A DNA stretch of 64,000 bases from contig NC_134032.1 in NCBI RefSeq assembly GCF_964204645.1, positions 11,210,275-11,274,274 on the forward strand, in the 5' to 3' direction. Numbering within the stretch: position 1 is the first letter of the stretch; each line of letters starts with the position of its first letter. Source of the DNA: Tubulanus polymorphus. Lineage: Eukaryota > Animalia > Nemertea. A model generated the notes under the pieces. That model ran no database searches. It saw only the letters and a program-made list of their open reading frames with translations, and was not told the DNA's origin. Of the stretch, positions 1 to 12,561 are shown in pieces. The translations under genes were made by a program, and so were the position numbers.

Positions 1-1512
1 CGAGGACTCAGTTCTACAGTTATGGGTTGATTAAAACCGTTTCAGTGTGTTTGCGCTGCAGTGCGGTCGTATGAATCGGTGATGGACTGCATCGTGGTGT
101 ATTCATGTAATTAGTGATCGGTAAATATCTCCTTAAAGGCACTAGCGCCAAACACGTTGAAAAATAAGTAATTAATGACCGCACTGCGGTGTAGATGCTC
201 CTCAGCAGTATGCTGTTATATAAAGCACTAATCTCCAAATTATTTCTAGCACAAAAAAGGCTGATTTTGTGTTTTGGGGAGAAGTTGAAAAATTCAAATT
301 TCATGCCTACGTAATTAAAATGATCCATAAAGATTAGTCAGCACTGAATAGGTTCAGTTGGTACCTGCAGCACTGGTTCCCCGCGGCTGAAAGTACATAT
401 AACACTATCGATAAAGTGATAATTATGTACCATATTTTACCATTTTTCGATTAGTTTAAAATGTGCATTTATGAGATATGAGATATTATATATAGTAGTT
501 TAGACCTAAGGCGGCTGGTACGCCGGGATTATTATCAAGTATATAGAAATCGAAAATAAATGAATATCATTTAAATCCGAGCTCTTTCGATTTCTTCATC
601 TGTGGACCTTTTATCAATTTTCCGGTTTTATCGAGAGATCAAACAATAGCCGTGATTGAGGATACTCCAACCCTACCCTCATAAACCTCCTATTCAAGTG
701 AAGTTTCAATCATACATTGTGGACGACTGGAAGGGTTTGTCCCTATGGATAACCTGAAACCACGAACTTGGCTTTTTGAGGGAAAATCATCCTTTATTAA
801 AAGATATAGAGAGTTCAAGACATACGAGGACTATTTTTTTATACAAAAGTGAACGTATTTTATTTTCACTTAACAGTGTACTAAGTTTGCGAATATGAAT
901 AAATTACGAACCAGTAATAATAAAATATTACGTTATAAATTATACATCATATAAATTATACATAAATTATACATTATATATCACATTATAAATGTGATAG
1001 TAAATATCACAAAATCAACTTGTGTCATGACTGAAAAAATATGCCTGCTTCGCACAGCGAAATCAGAGGACAATCTAAATCAATGAAAATATCATAATTC
1101 TCTCGTTTATTCGATAAATCTTTCAATGAATTGAGTCTTATTTATTCAAATTCGTAGGAAGTATCAGTTCCTATGTGTTCTGGTAAGCGGACAAAGCAGG
1201 TCATCATTAATTCAATATTACATTAAATATCTTATACACGAATAATACGATTATTCTAAATGAAGATGCATACGTAAGTTGTAGACGGAAGGTAAATAAT
1301 TCAAAAAATTAAATCTACATCAAAAAATATTTTTCTTCTAAACGTAAAATTTTAACAATTATAATGGAAACAATACATTTTCATAACATGGAAGCACGAA
1401 TCATCGAATACTAAATCATCACGAAACATATCGTATAAAAAAGTACACATTTTGTAAACAGGGGAGCACAGTTTCATGAAAAAATTCAGGTGAAAACCTT
1501 TTTTTTGGAAAG

Positions 1513-1866
1513 GGACCGTTCATTAAGTACGTACGCAAAAAATAGTACCTTTTTTCAGGGTGCTAGCTCGTGTACGCACATCGTACTATTATCACGACAT
1601 ATAGCTTGCCCCTCTTTGAGGGATTTACTAGGATGCACCCTTTTAAAGGGGGTATTTAATTCATTATATTGTTCAAGACACATGGCTGAACATTTACCTA
1701 GATGAGTAGCCAGGCTACTACAAGATTATACCATAGAAATTAGTGCACTTTGATTTATTTAGTACGTACGTTTTGTGTAAATAGCTACCTAGCTTTGTAC
1801 ACAGATTGTACGCTTTTGCTGTTGAGGTCCTACCTAGGGCTTGGGCATGTATTTAATGAACGGTCC
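1513..1866. mobile_element. MITE with 14-bp TIRs
   Basis: GGACCGTTCATTAA (1513-1526) and its reverse complement TTAATGAACGGTCC (1853-1866); ends resemble the MITE at 7797-7966. Confidence 0.6.
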
Positions 1867-2234
1867 GAAATGACAAGCTTACTACCCTGGTTTCAAGGCT
1901 GTTAAAAAATCTTCAGCAATCATCTTTTTTGGAAGTCATTGAGGTAAAATATGGAATGTAAGCAACAGTAAGTAAGGAAATATTCCAAGTTCTAAACACA
2001 ATTCGCCTAGGAGGGGGGGGTCAGCAGCGCAAATGGTAAACGCATTATAAGCACATAAGCAAGATCATTTTCAACGTTCAAAAAATTCTTGAGCGACAAT
2101 TTCCATTTATTTGGAAGCAAAAATATTGAGGATAAATTCTGTGAAGCGGTATTCTCTCGTTTGTAGAAGAAGTGAGAATTATTTTGGAAGCGCGTAAGAT
2201 TTTTCCAATACGACGTAACGTAATTCGTATTCGT

Positions 2235-5200
2235 TCATTCAGCTTTTATCCAACGACTTATTGATTTTCTCAGAGCAGACGTCCACCTGAAAATGCGAAC
2301 AGCAGACGGATTATCGATCAAATTTTTGACGAAGTTTGAGATTGCCTTAACTTTTTACAACCATCAAATTTCGATCTATGTCGCAATGAGAACAAAATCA
2401 TAAGATTTTGTTCGCTTTGTATTGTTTACTATTCTTAACGTCATTTGCATTATGATTTCCTAAGACTAACCCTATTGGATTAATCATTTAACCTAATGAC
2501 GGCCTTTGATTTGAAGTGTTGCCCACACACTGTAAGCAGCTAGCAGAACACAGTGATCACAACATATGATGCCCTCTGTAGGAGTATTGCAAAACTATCT
2601 ACCTCTTAAAATCTGTTTCGTTGTCCGCTGAGAAATTGAAGGCTTTCATGCTGACCTCTGGTGGTGTTAACACGAAACTGAACTTACGCCCGAGGGTCGT
2701 AGTCTCTTCGACTGTGTAACCATGGAGATGAGCGACTCCTGCAATAAAATCAAAATCCAACAATGAAAACCCGGTTAAATCTTACAGCCGAGGACAGTAT
2801 ACGATCAAGGCTTTGATTTAAAATAAGTCTTAACAGAATCTATAACCGACATCCCAAATCAAAACTGAGCTTGAGACTGATCTAACCGATCTTATGAATC
2901 CAAGGTTCATGGGTTCAAAATTTGGTGGCGGCAGAGTTTCTTGATCAACAATTCTTCCCAAACCCCTCTCTCTTCCCGGCAGACCCGACTACCTAAACGT
3001 CTCCCTTTGTAGTAGTTTTCACCACAATTTTACATCGATTTCACATCGAAAATAGTCGCTTAATTGAAAATTCACTAGAAATCAGTCTGATTTTGTTGGT
3101 ATTTTGATCGCTTTGGTAGTAACTGATAGTTACTACTCTCGAGTAGTAATAGTAATAGTCGAGTCTATCCATCAATAAATTAGTCGCATTCAACCAACTT
3201 ATCGGATAAGTCTTACCTAACGCGGTAACCGAGTTCAAATCCTGATAGTAATACATGACCGCGTCTTTCAGCACGCAGTACCGCCGTCTCCACAGTCGTT
3301 TGATAATACCCAGTTTACACAGGTGACCGTGGCAATCAGGGTGTTTAATCGCCAAGGCCGGAATATCGACGTTCTGACTGGTCACGTGCACAAAACCATC
3401 CTACACGAAGATATCGTTAGAAAACGCGAAATCATTGAAAATCATAAAATTTATCAGGATCCATTTCTCCGTTGTTGTGCGAGTTTAGATTAGTTCATTT
3501 CATTCACAATGTCTGAAGTCATATTTTAACCCACAATATTGGAACTAAATCAGTTAGCAGTTGACCTCAATGGGCATCACATAGTAACCTAGTCCCTAGG
3601 CATTTAAGTGTTACAAAATGGCCTGTAGAATGGAGTAGAAACGTCTAAAGTTACCTTGTGTTTGCTGTAAGCTGCTGCATTCATAGCTGTCGCCCACCTA
3701 GAAAATGAATTATAACAAAATCTATTATTGACTGCAAGAAATTCCAATCAGAAAATAGATATTATTCGTACATGGACTCATAAAATCACTTAGCGATTAG
3801 AATATGTCATAGGGAGAAGCCGACAACTTCTCTAGATGGGTCTATAGACAAAGTCACTAGAGGGTGCTTTTATAGACTGGTATTATCTTTAACTTGGCGA
3901 TTTACTCAATTAAAAACGAATTGAGTTATCCCCAAGGTTAAAGTTAATACCAGTCTTTAAAACCGAGCCTAGGTGTTTTGATGATGTCATAGGAGGATTT
4001 TGACCCCCAAGGTTAAAGTTAATACCAGTCTATAAAACCGGGCCTAGGTGTTTTGATGATGTCATAGGGGGATTTTGACTCCCAAGGTTAAAGTTAATAC
4101 CAGTCTATAAAACCGGGCCTAGGTGTTTTCATGATGTCATAGGGGGATTTTGACCCCCAAGGTTAAAGTCAATACCAGTCTATAAAACCGGGCCTAGGTG
4201 TTTTGATGATGTCATAGGGGGATTTTGACTCCCAAGGTTAAAGTTAATACCAGTCTATAAAACCGGGCCTAGGTGTTTTGATGATGTCATAGGGGGATTT
4301 TTACCCCCAAGGTTAAAGTTAATACCAGTCTATAAAACCGGGCCTAGGTGTTTTGATGATGTCATAGGGGGATTTTGACCCCCAAGGTTAAAGTTAATTA
4401 CCAGTCTATAAAACCGGGCCTAGGTGTTTTGATGATGTCATAGGGGGATTTTGACCCCCGAGGTTAAAGTTAATACCAGTCTATAAAACCAGGCCTAGGA
4501 GTTTTGATGGTGTCATAGGGGGATTTTGACCCCCAAGGTTTAAGTTGATACCAGTCTATAAAACCGGGCCTAGGTGTTTTGATGATGTCATAGGGGGATT
4601 TTGAATGCAGCGATCTGAAACGAGTTCTACCTGATCATGTCTCTCTCGGATTGCGCCGTAAAGTAGTAAGTTTTCGTGCCGAATTTCGAAGCGCGGAACG
4701 TGTATTTACGATTGAAATTCGTCGCTTTCGTGATGACGAAATTCTTCAACATTATCGCTCCTAACGGCGACGTATCCTACGAAACAAAACATTCGAGAAA
4801 TTCGAAATTAAGAAACGTGGACGCCGCGATCGTGTTTTAGATTTAACTCATGTCAAAATTAGAGGTAGCTCATTTTGACGATGCCGATGAAATGATATTC
4901 ATACAGGGCCAATTTCACTGATTCGATGTTCAAAGGCGCTTTAACGTAATCCAGTAAACAGGTACCGTATGTTTTTAGGAGTCCTTTGATTTTCAATTAC
5001 TTTAACTCAGAGTGAAATCTAATTGAAAGGCCTGAATATCAACATTTAACTCAGAACTAGTCGGCCGGATCCAGGACTGAGGTAACCATTGGTAAATTCA
5101 GGTTTTCTAGAGTCAAAATTAGTTATTTTCGATAATTTTTAAGGCAATTTTGACTCAACCCAATTAAATCGTGATACATGTTTGTGCGTTAAGTCACTAT

Positions 5201-8200
5201 GCAGGCAAATATTGACTGTATCGAAAATGTTGCGTGGGAAATCTTGAGTACCGCGGTAGGCTGGATCCACCAATGAAGTTAATATCTGATTCAACCCCTA
5301 CAAGGCCAAGGGTAAAATCTTATTCAATCCAAGATCCTTCAAGGCAAATCTAACTCAATAGAAGAACCCAAGGGTTGAATTGAACTCACTGGAATTCATT
5401 GGATTGAACAGATATTTTATAACACCACTTAGTTTTCTTACCTTTTCAGTTTTGTAATAATAGAGACAGTTATCTTGTTTCAACAGGAACCAGCGTCGAC
5501 GCCACGACTTCAACAAACCGGTCCCGCACTGCTTGATCAGGTAACCGGACACGACCGGTTCGTCGTCGTAGCTCATCGTGTAGGACTGCGAACCGGTGTG
5601 CGATAACTCCATCATAATCCGACTGTCGTCTGTGAAAATAGACGAAATATTTCAAAAAGTTTGTGTCAGTTATCTCCAACGGTTACCGCAGGTGTTCCGG
5701 GCCGAAATTACTGGGAGGTTTATTCGGACATTAGTACTTGAAAGGACCTTTTAGCAGAGTTTTAATACACGACGTAATGCTACATGGAATTATCAAACAT
5801 AATTTACCGCTTATATGTAAAACCTGTAGAAAATGCCCCCAATACAATTTCTCAGTCAGAAATGCTAACTTTTTTATTCAAGATGGTTTGAATGATAATA
5901 TGATATGATAATAATATCATAATCTTTTTTTATATGTTCATCACTTATTTGAAAAAAAATCTGTTTTCCAAAGGTATTTCAAAATATGATCATTATTTCG
6001 ATCATTAGTGCAACATTTTGATGTAATACACTATGGATCATTTTATAGCATAAAGCATTCTAGGTAAATACATTATGATATCTATCACTTTTTTAACAAA
6101 CCGCCCTGCCTATATCCCGGGTCACCGGTAAGCTGAGGACCCTTTAAATTTCATTTTGACTTTTTTTATACCTTGCGTGAGTAATTTGATGACCTCGTCG
6201 TGATCTGAATCGATGACCTTGACCCCGTTCACGGATATCAGTATATCTCCGACTTGCACCCCGGCCTTATCAGCAATGCCACCTACAATCAATAAACGGA
6301 ACCGTTGCATAAATGAATAACAAGGTGAATGGAAATAGCGGCCTAGGTCCAGTTTCAAGTTTAAGCTAAAAACGCTTAGGTTTGAATTGTTCACCTCAAT
6401 GAAAATATGAAGTAACCGATAGCAATTAGAGCAAATATTTGAGTTTAATTTTTCACGAAACAGCACCCTGGTTTCACCAACAATTGCTTAAATTTTGCTC
6501 GATATAATATTTGTTCTTATCAAAAAGACAATAAAGTCCTTTTTAACGCCACTGATGGGACGACTGGAAAAGAAGATATTATTAAGAATTTACCACTACA
6601 AAATGGTTATTTTATTGAATTTCAGTTAGGATTGAGCATATCTGTTCTGCCTCTGAAAAGTGTTGGGTGGCGTTATAACTTTGTATTATTAGAAAGTATC
6701 ATAGAAATTTGAGTTAGAAACTTTTTTCTCCTGGCCCTGCCTCTAGAGAAGAGTTTACCTGTATCTACAGTTGACACGTAAGTTGGTTTGTTTCCTTTGA
6801 CGTGAAATCCAAAACTGTCAGTTTTCTTTGATTTCTCTAACACGACTGGCCGTTCCGCTTCTACAACAATATCATTCATTCAGGCTTCATAACAGTAAGG
6901 CTGAGGCAAGAAATATCTACTAAGCACTTTCTAAGGCAAAAGTGGAAATTTTCAAGACCGCAGTCCTTGTTCTAATCATCCTTGTCAGTAAAACCGGCCC
7001 AAAAAATTATTTGGGTAGTCGTAAGTAAGCACTTAGCAATTTTGCCGAAAAGTAAGCACTTTACAAGGGTTGTACGTGATTTTTTTCAATAGTAAGTACT
7101 GTATGCACTTATGATCAGTTATAGGGGGATTAATGGAGGATGCCATCTATCCCGGAAGAGCCTAGATCAAATCACTGATGATATCATTAGGCCCGTATGC
7201 TGTTGGGTGATATGATGTCATAAGCGGCTTTACGAAAACCGCGACGAAATCGAAATCCTCGCTTACCGCAGTATCTTTCCGAAGTTCGTTGATAATTTTG
7301 CGTGCTGTTTTTACGTTGCACGGAGCGCAACGACACGGCGTGGAATTTCTTGCGGAAGTCTTTCTCCGAAGCGGTCGACGAGAGCGAGTCAACGCGTCGG
7401 TGACCTCGCGACGACCGCAGTTGCTCGTCCGTCTGCTCGCCGTCGAGGTTACCGCTACTGTCCGTCACTTCATCCATGTACGAATCTAAAAAAAAAAAAT
7501 AGCACGTGGAATTTTTCGAATTTCGATTAAAACATCGAGATCTTTAACCCAACGTGACATTACCTACGTACCGTCGTATGGCTCTGAACCAGCGCTGCTT
7601 TCAGCGCCCTCTGATGGCACCGGTGATAAACGCAATTCGTCGTTCGATCCAATGTACAGCCATCGTGAATGACGATGACTTTCAGTGTACATTCCTATAA
7701 AACAGACGCAGAGAAGAATTATTAATGTTTCAAGATTCAGGGGCCAGTTCCTCAAAAGTTGGTTTGAGTTAACCAGTGGATAGTTTACATAGTGACTAGG
7801 GATCATTCATTTATAACGTACGCATAAAATTTGAATTTTTCAACCCCCCCCTCCCCCCTGTACGCAAAATCGGCCCTTTTTTCGTATACATTTAGCATTA
7901 CAGTACGCAATTGCACTGACCCCTCCCCCCTCCCCTAATGCGTACGTAATAAATGAATGACCCCTATTGAAAGTTCATTGTTACTAGGGTATTTATCCGC
8001 CGGTTAACTTTAACCAACTTTTGAGCAACTGGCCCCATGGGCGGATCCAGCCTACCTCTACTACGGCTTGAGCGGTGCTTACGATTGTAGAAGTGCCCTT
8101 CTATTTTCCAAGTTCTGGTAGAAGTAATTAAAATGGCCAATTTGAATTATCGAAAATGAGTAAACTTCTCATATTTTACGAATGATTTTTTTTTAAACAT

Positions 8201-9210
8201 GTCATATTTTGTGCCAGAGAAGGACATGATGCTGAGGATGGAGCTGAAATCCCGAATGGAGCAGGGGCAAATAGAAATTGACAAAATTCACGTAGAGGGC
8301 CAAGACTGGTTTTCCGAAATATCAAGGTCAAGGAGAGTCGTCAAAATTCCAGAAATGAATGGTTTCAGAGCACACGGGTTGGATAAGATTTCTGGAAAAA
8401 CTCACCTGCGTCTTCATCATCATCTTCATCATCTTCACTACTAGCACTGGCTGGTGGCTCCCCCTGGAGAGCAGAAATCAGAGCAGGATTCGATACTGAT
8501 TTTTCGAATACATCAGAATCGGCATCATCGCAAACTTCACTCCCATTTGTATTAGGCACATAAACCTCACTCGCCAGTGATGGCTCTACCGAGTCGTTCG
8601 CCAATGATGGTTTTTTCCTGAGATTAACGATTTCTTCGTCGCCTCGTTTTTCTCGAATGAGTTCGCCGTTGTTGATGCTTCCATTGTTGCCCGTAACGAC
8701 CTTTTCGGAGGAGAAAATGTCGTCGTCGGCGCCGCACTCGAAAACGGTATCGACATTGTTGCACTGGTTACCGCGATGATCGGTATATTTGTCCGTATAC
8801 GGAGGAAACGTAGGCGACCTTTGTTGCGGTCCGTCCGTCGTCATATCAACGTAAAACGTACTCGACGATTGCTTTTGCGATTTAACGCTTAATTTTTTCA
8901 TTTTTTTGAAAATGTCGAATTTCCTCTCGAGTCCGCGCGTGCAGTCCGTCGTCTGCTCGGCCGAACTGACGGAACTCGTCGATCGTTCCCTCGTTTGAGC
9001 GTCGTCGCGGCGACCGTCGTCGACTGCCGCCTCATCCTCCTCGCCGATAGAGCTTCGGTGTTGTAAATCGTCGACGTGATTCAGAAATCCGAAATTATCG
9101 TTGATGAAACCGGAATAGCGGAATTTACCGGAGCAATCGGAGCCGGGAGAAGTCGACTCCGCGTCCGCACGCTGCGGACTCGGAGGGTCAGCGTTCGCAG
9201 TCGTTGCCAT
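2235..9210 (-). CDS. PDZ and tandem PH domain protein (PDZPH1-like), 11 coding exons
   Basis: Phase-consistent GT-AG exons: 9210-8406, 7694-7572, 7485-7267, 6860-6759, 6282-6172, 5629-5442, 4776-4631, 3697-3655, 3400-3217, 2738-2603, 2286-2235. In-frame stops lie just upstream of ATG 9210. Long acidic/Ser-rich N-terminus; PDZ (SFGFHVKG...GIADKAGVQVGDILISVNG); PH1 (SGYLIKQ...KSWRRRWFLL...RWATAM); PH2 (GHLCKLG...WRRRYCVL...RWTSAL). A splice acceptor at 9270-9271 implies an upstream non-coding exon. Confidence 0.85.
3929..4603 (+). repeat. Intronic minisatellite, ~75-bp unit x ~9
   Basis: Unit CCCCAAGGTTAAAGTTAATACCAGTCTATAAAACCGGGCCTAGGTGTTTTGATGATGTCATAGGGGGATTTTGA recurs at ~75-bp period with few substitutions. 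Confidence 0.95.
7740..8036. mobile_element. Palindromic MITE (GGGGCCAGTT...AACTGGCCCC) interrupted by a second MITE at 7797-7966
   Basis: Outer arms match the uninterrupted copies at ~61920-62047 and ~62498-62623. Inner element has TIRs TAGGGATCATTCATTTATAACGTACGCAT / ATGCGTACGTAATAAATGAATGACCCCTA. Confidence 0.75.
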
Positions 9211-9399
9211 TATTCATTATTTTAGCAGCTGACGTTGATGACGATGGGTCCGATGACCGAACTAGAATACTGAAAAATCACAAAACAAGAGTAAGGAGAA
9301 ATAAATCAGTTCGTGAAATAATAGACATTATTATTTAGACCAACAAATTATTTTCTAGAGATACCTATAAGTAAAATTGTTGAGCAAATAATTAAGGCA

Positions 9400-9600
9400 G
9401 GTGATATTTTGCCAATGCGGCATTACTCCTGTTAAAGCTGTAGTCAATGGCTTGTTCTGATTAGCTAATTGACTCCACGCTTAGCTCCAGCTTAGAAAAT
9501 CCAAGGAAAGTGTGTTGAAGCGAATAGGAGCATAGAGCGGGATTCGAACCCAGACCAGCATATTGCTAGTGTAAGATCTTTCCACTAGACCACCGAGGTT
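9400..9600 (-). mobile_element. tRNA-derived SINE
   Basis: Minus strand shows A-box-like TGGTCTAGTGG and B-box GGTTCGAATCC; part of the body is similar to ~27780-27870. Confidence 0.55.
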
Positions 9601-11922
9601 CCAGCAATCCAGCTGTAAGTTTTCACTACACATAGCCTGAACCTTACCCTAACCCTATCCCTAACGTAACGGACCCTAAACTTCACCCTATCCCTAAACC
9701 TAACCCCCTGGACCCTTTTAAAATTTTAAACCTATCGAAACCCTAGCCCTAAACCCGATATAATGATTTCATTGTTATATTTTATTAGTCTATCTTATTA
9801 TATATAGCCATTGGCAAAATAGCGTTTGCCTGAATAATGCAAAATATTCACGGTCTTTTTATTAGTTTTAAATGATAAAATTTTCTCCCTTGCCTTACTA
9901 CTAGAGAGGCGTGATATTTTATTAAACCTCTCTCTCAGTAGGCCTGAAAATCTTTCCTCGTTCTTAAACAATACTGTTTTGCTTTTGGTAGGCCTAATCA
10001 ATTGGCTACTGACCAGTCAGAGGCTCGAGGCAGGTTTCATTTTACTACTGTTCGATACTATTCACTATCTTGACATTTGTATACAAAGATCAATAAATAA
10101 TTTGAATTTGATATGGAAAGTAGAATGTCTAGGGAAACTGTGGTGGATGTTAACGAAAGGGAGCAATTGAGATTATAATTAACTTTATTGATCTTTTTCA
10201 TAAACATCTTCAGATTCTAATACAATGAAGTAGATGCACAACTGAACTAAGGTCAAAAAGTTGATACTTTGTTTCTCATTTCTACTGAGCTTAAGAGTTG
10301 ACCTTACCGACGGTATATATATCTAACAAAAATGGCCCGGCCGCTGCGGATAAACAAGGTGTCATTTTCATTTAGCCTGAAACGTCGATTTTTAATCCTC
10401 ATAACACTGCGAAGGATTACCGAAGGTCTCAGTCTATGCATGAAGCCGAATTAGTAACCGGCAAACATTGATTCCGAGGAAAATCATAGTTGAAACATTC
10501 TTAGATCCTCGCACCACTCCTGCTCAAAGCTTTCTGAAGAACAAATTCGACATCTGTTCTCATTAACACAACTATTGCACTTTTGGGATGCTTCGTAACA
10601 TTTAGTCAGGCGTGTAGGAGTAACAACTGATTTTTTTTTCAGTGCGAACGTGTGAGAAAAAATATTTTTTCCAGAGGAGATTCCAAACTCTTGAACCCTC
10701 CTGAATAACTATTGTGTAAGAATAACAAAAATAAGATGATTGATAAAATTCTGATGTCTTCCTCTATATAGGATCATACAGCGTCGGTATCGCCCGGGCT
10801 TCTTCGATGTTTGAAAAATCTGGCTTTCGTCATAAAGAAATTCAATTGATGTTAAGTTTTAAATTGATAAGTGCAAAAGTAACCGGTGAATCAATAAGAC
10901 CAAAAAGTGGAGTTTATCTGTGTATGTTGCGTGTGTGTAGCGGAATGAGGATGAGGGATTTCCGAAGTTGGATTAAGAGGGTCGAGCCTCTGATGCTGAA
11001 GTTAGGGTTTTAAACCCAAGATCTCCGAACGCGCTTTCTTATTTCAAAAATGTGAACGAAACGCATGCCAATGCAAATTAATGTTTTTTTCAGATTGCAT
11101 TGATTGTTAAATGATAGACGCAAACTCAGAGGATTTTCACACATGGCTACAATAAATTCTATCATAGCAGGGCCATTTATTTCGTATCGAGGAAAACTGG
11201 AAATCCATTGGTTACCTAAACGTGTGGTAGTAAAACTAAAGCAAGATTTCAAGATTCAAATTTTTATTGTTCACAAATTTTACAATTCGCATTGAATAAA
11301 AATATACATTGATAATACATAAATACATAACGGTATTACAGCGTGGGGAGTTCACATCTCTATCTAAGGCCTAGACGTGTTTACAATTTATTTTGAGCAT
11401 ATTGGAATAAAGTCAGAAAGATTTATCAGAATTTATCAGGGAGTTCATGTTTTCAAAATTTGGAGTTGACCAAAATCTTCTAGGGCTTAGTTTTTCGCGT
11501 TGTACCTGGAAAAAAAACATTCTGATATAGAGTGTGACGCTCGTCCCCCCAAAAAGGGTTACGGACTAGACATCACTTGATTATTCGGGTCCGTTATCCA
11601 ACTGGGTGGTTCTTACAGAAATTCTCGGGTCAACTCAGAATTTAAAAAGCAAGTCTCTTGGATCGATGTGTTCTTGGTGTTCCGTGCTTTTATGGAGAAT
11701 GGGGATGTATTTGACGAATCTCGATGACCGGAGACAGTCGAACGAGTTTGAATGAAAATGAAATAATCATACGTAGGCTGGTCCCAGTCCGACGACACGC
11801 GTACTGCCTTTAACCTAGTATGAATAGAATATGAATCATTGACTTATAGAGAAAGGTATTCGTCACTCTTGCTGGGGCTGTTCTAGATTTGGAGAATTCA
11901 TTTTGCAAAATGTAACTAATGG

Positions 11923-12561
11923 GTAATTACTGGGTTCAAACCCGGGACACCCCTGTACATCCTCTATTCAGCATCGGGACCACTCTGAATCAGTATCAGT
12001 AATTACTGTGTTCGAACCCAGGACACCCCTGCTGTGTAAATCCTCAGTCCAGCATCAGGACCACTCTGAATCAGTGCCAGTAATTACTGGGTTCGAACCC
12101 AGGACACCCCTGATGTGTATATCATCAGTCCAGCATCAGGACCACTCTAAATCAGTATCAGTAGTTACTGTTCGAACCCAGGACACCCCTGATGTGTATA
12201 TCATCAGTCCAGCATCAGGACCACTCTAAATCAGTATCAGTAGTTACTGTTCGAACCCAGGACACCCCTGCTGTGTACATCCTCAGTTCAGCATCAGGAC
12301 TTCGAACCCGGGACACCCCTGTACATCTTGTATTCAGCATCAGGACCACTATGAATCAGTATCAGTTCGAACCCGAGACACCCCTGTGTACATGCTTTAT
12401 TCAGCATCAGTACCAATCTGAATCAGTATCAGTAATTACTGGATTCGAACCCGGGACACCCCTGTATATCTTGTATTCAGCGTCAGGACCACTCTGAATC
12501 AGTGTCAGTAATTACAGGGTTCGAACCTGGGACACCCATCAGCTCTATTCAACATCAGGAC
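11923..12561 (+). repeat. Minisatellite, ~76-80-bp unit containing a tRNA B-box-like GGTTCGAACCC
   Basis: Unit GGGTTCGAACCCGGGACACCCCTGTACATCCTCTATTCAGCATCAGGACCACTCTGAATCAGTATCAGTAATTACT, about 8-9 copies, some truncated. Confidence 0.9.

Noticed and set aside
9640-9760. Interstitial telomere
   Set aside because: Only a few degenerate CCCTAA-like units, of the kind common in repeat-derived sequence.
11923-12561. CRISPR array, tRNA cluster, or ORFs 12008-12497
   Set aside because: Head-to-tail repeats without unique spacers and no cloverleaf; eukaryotic context; the ORFs are repeat read-through.
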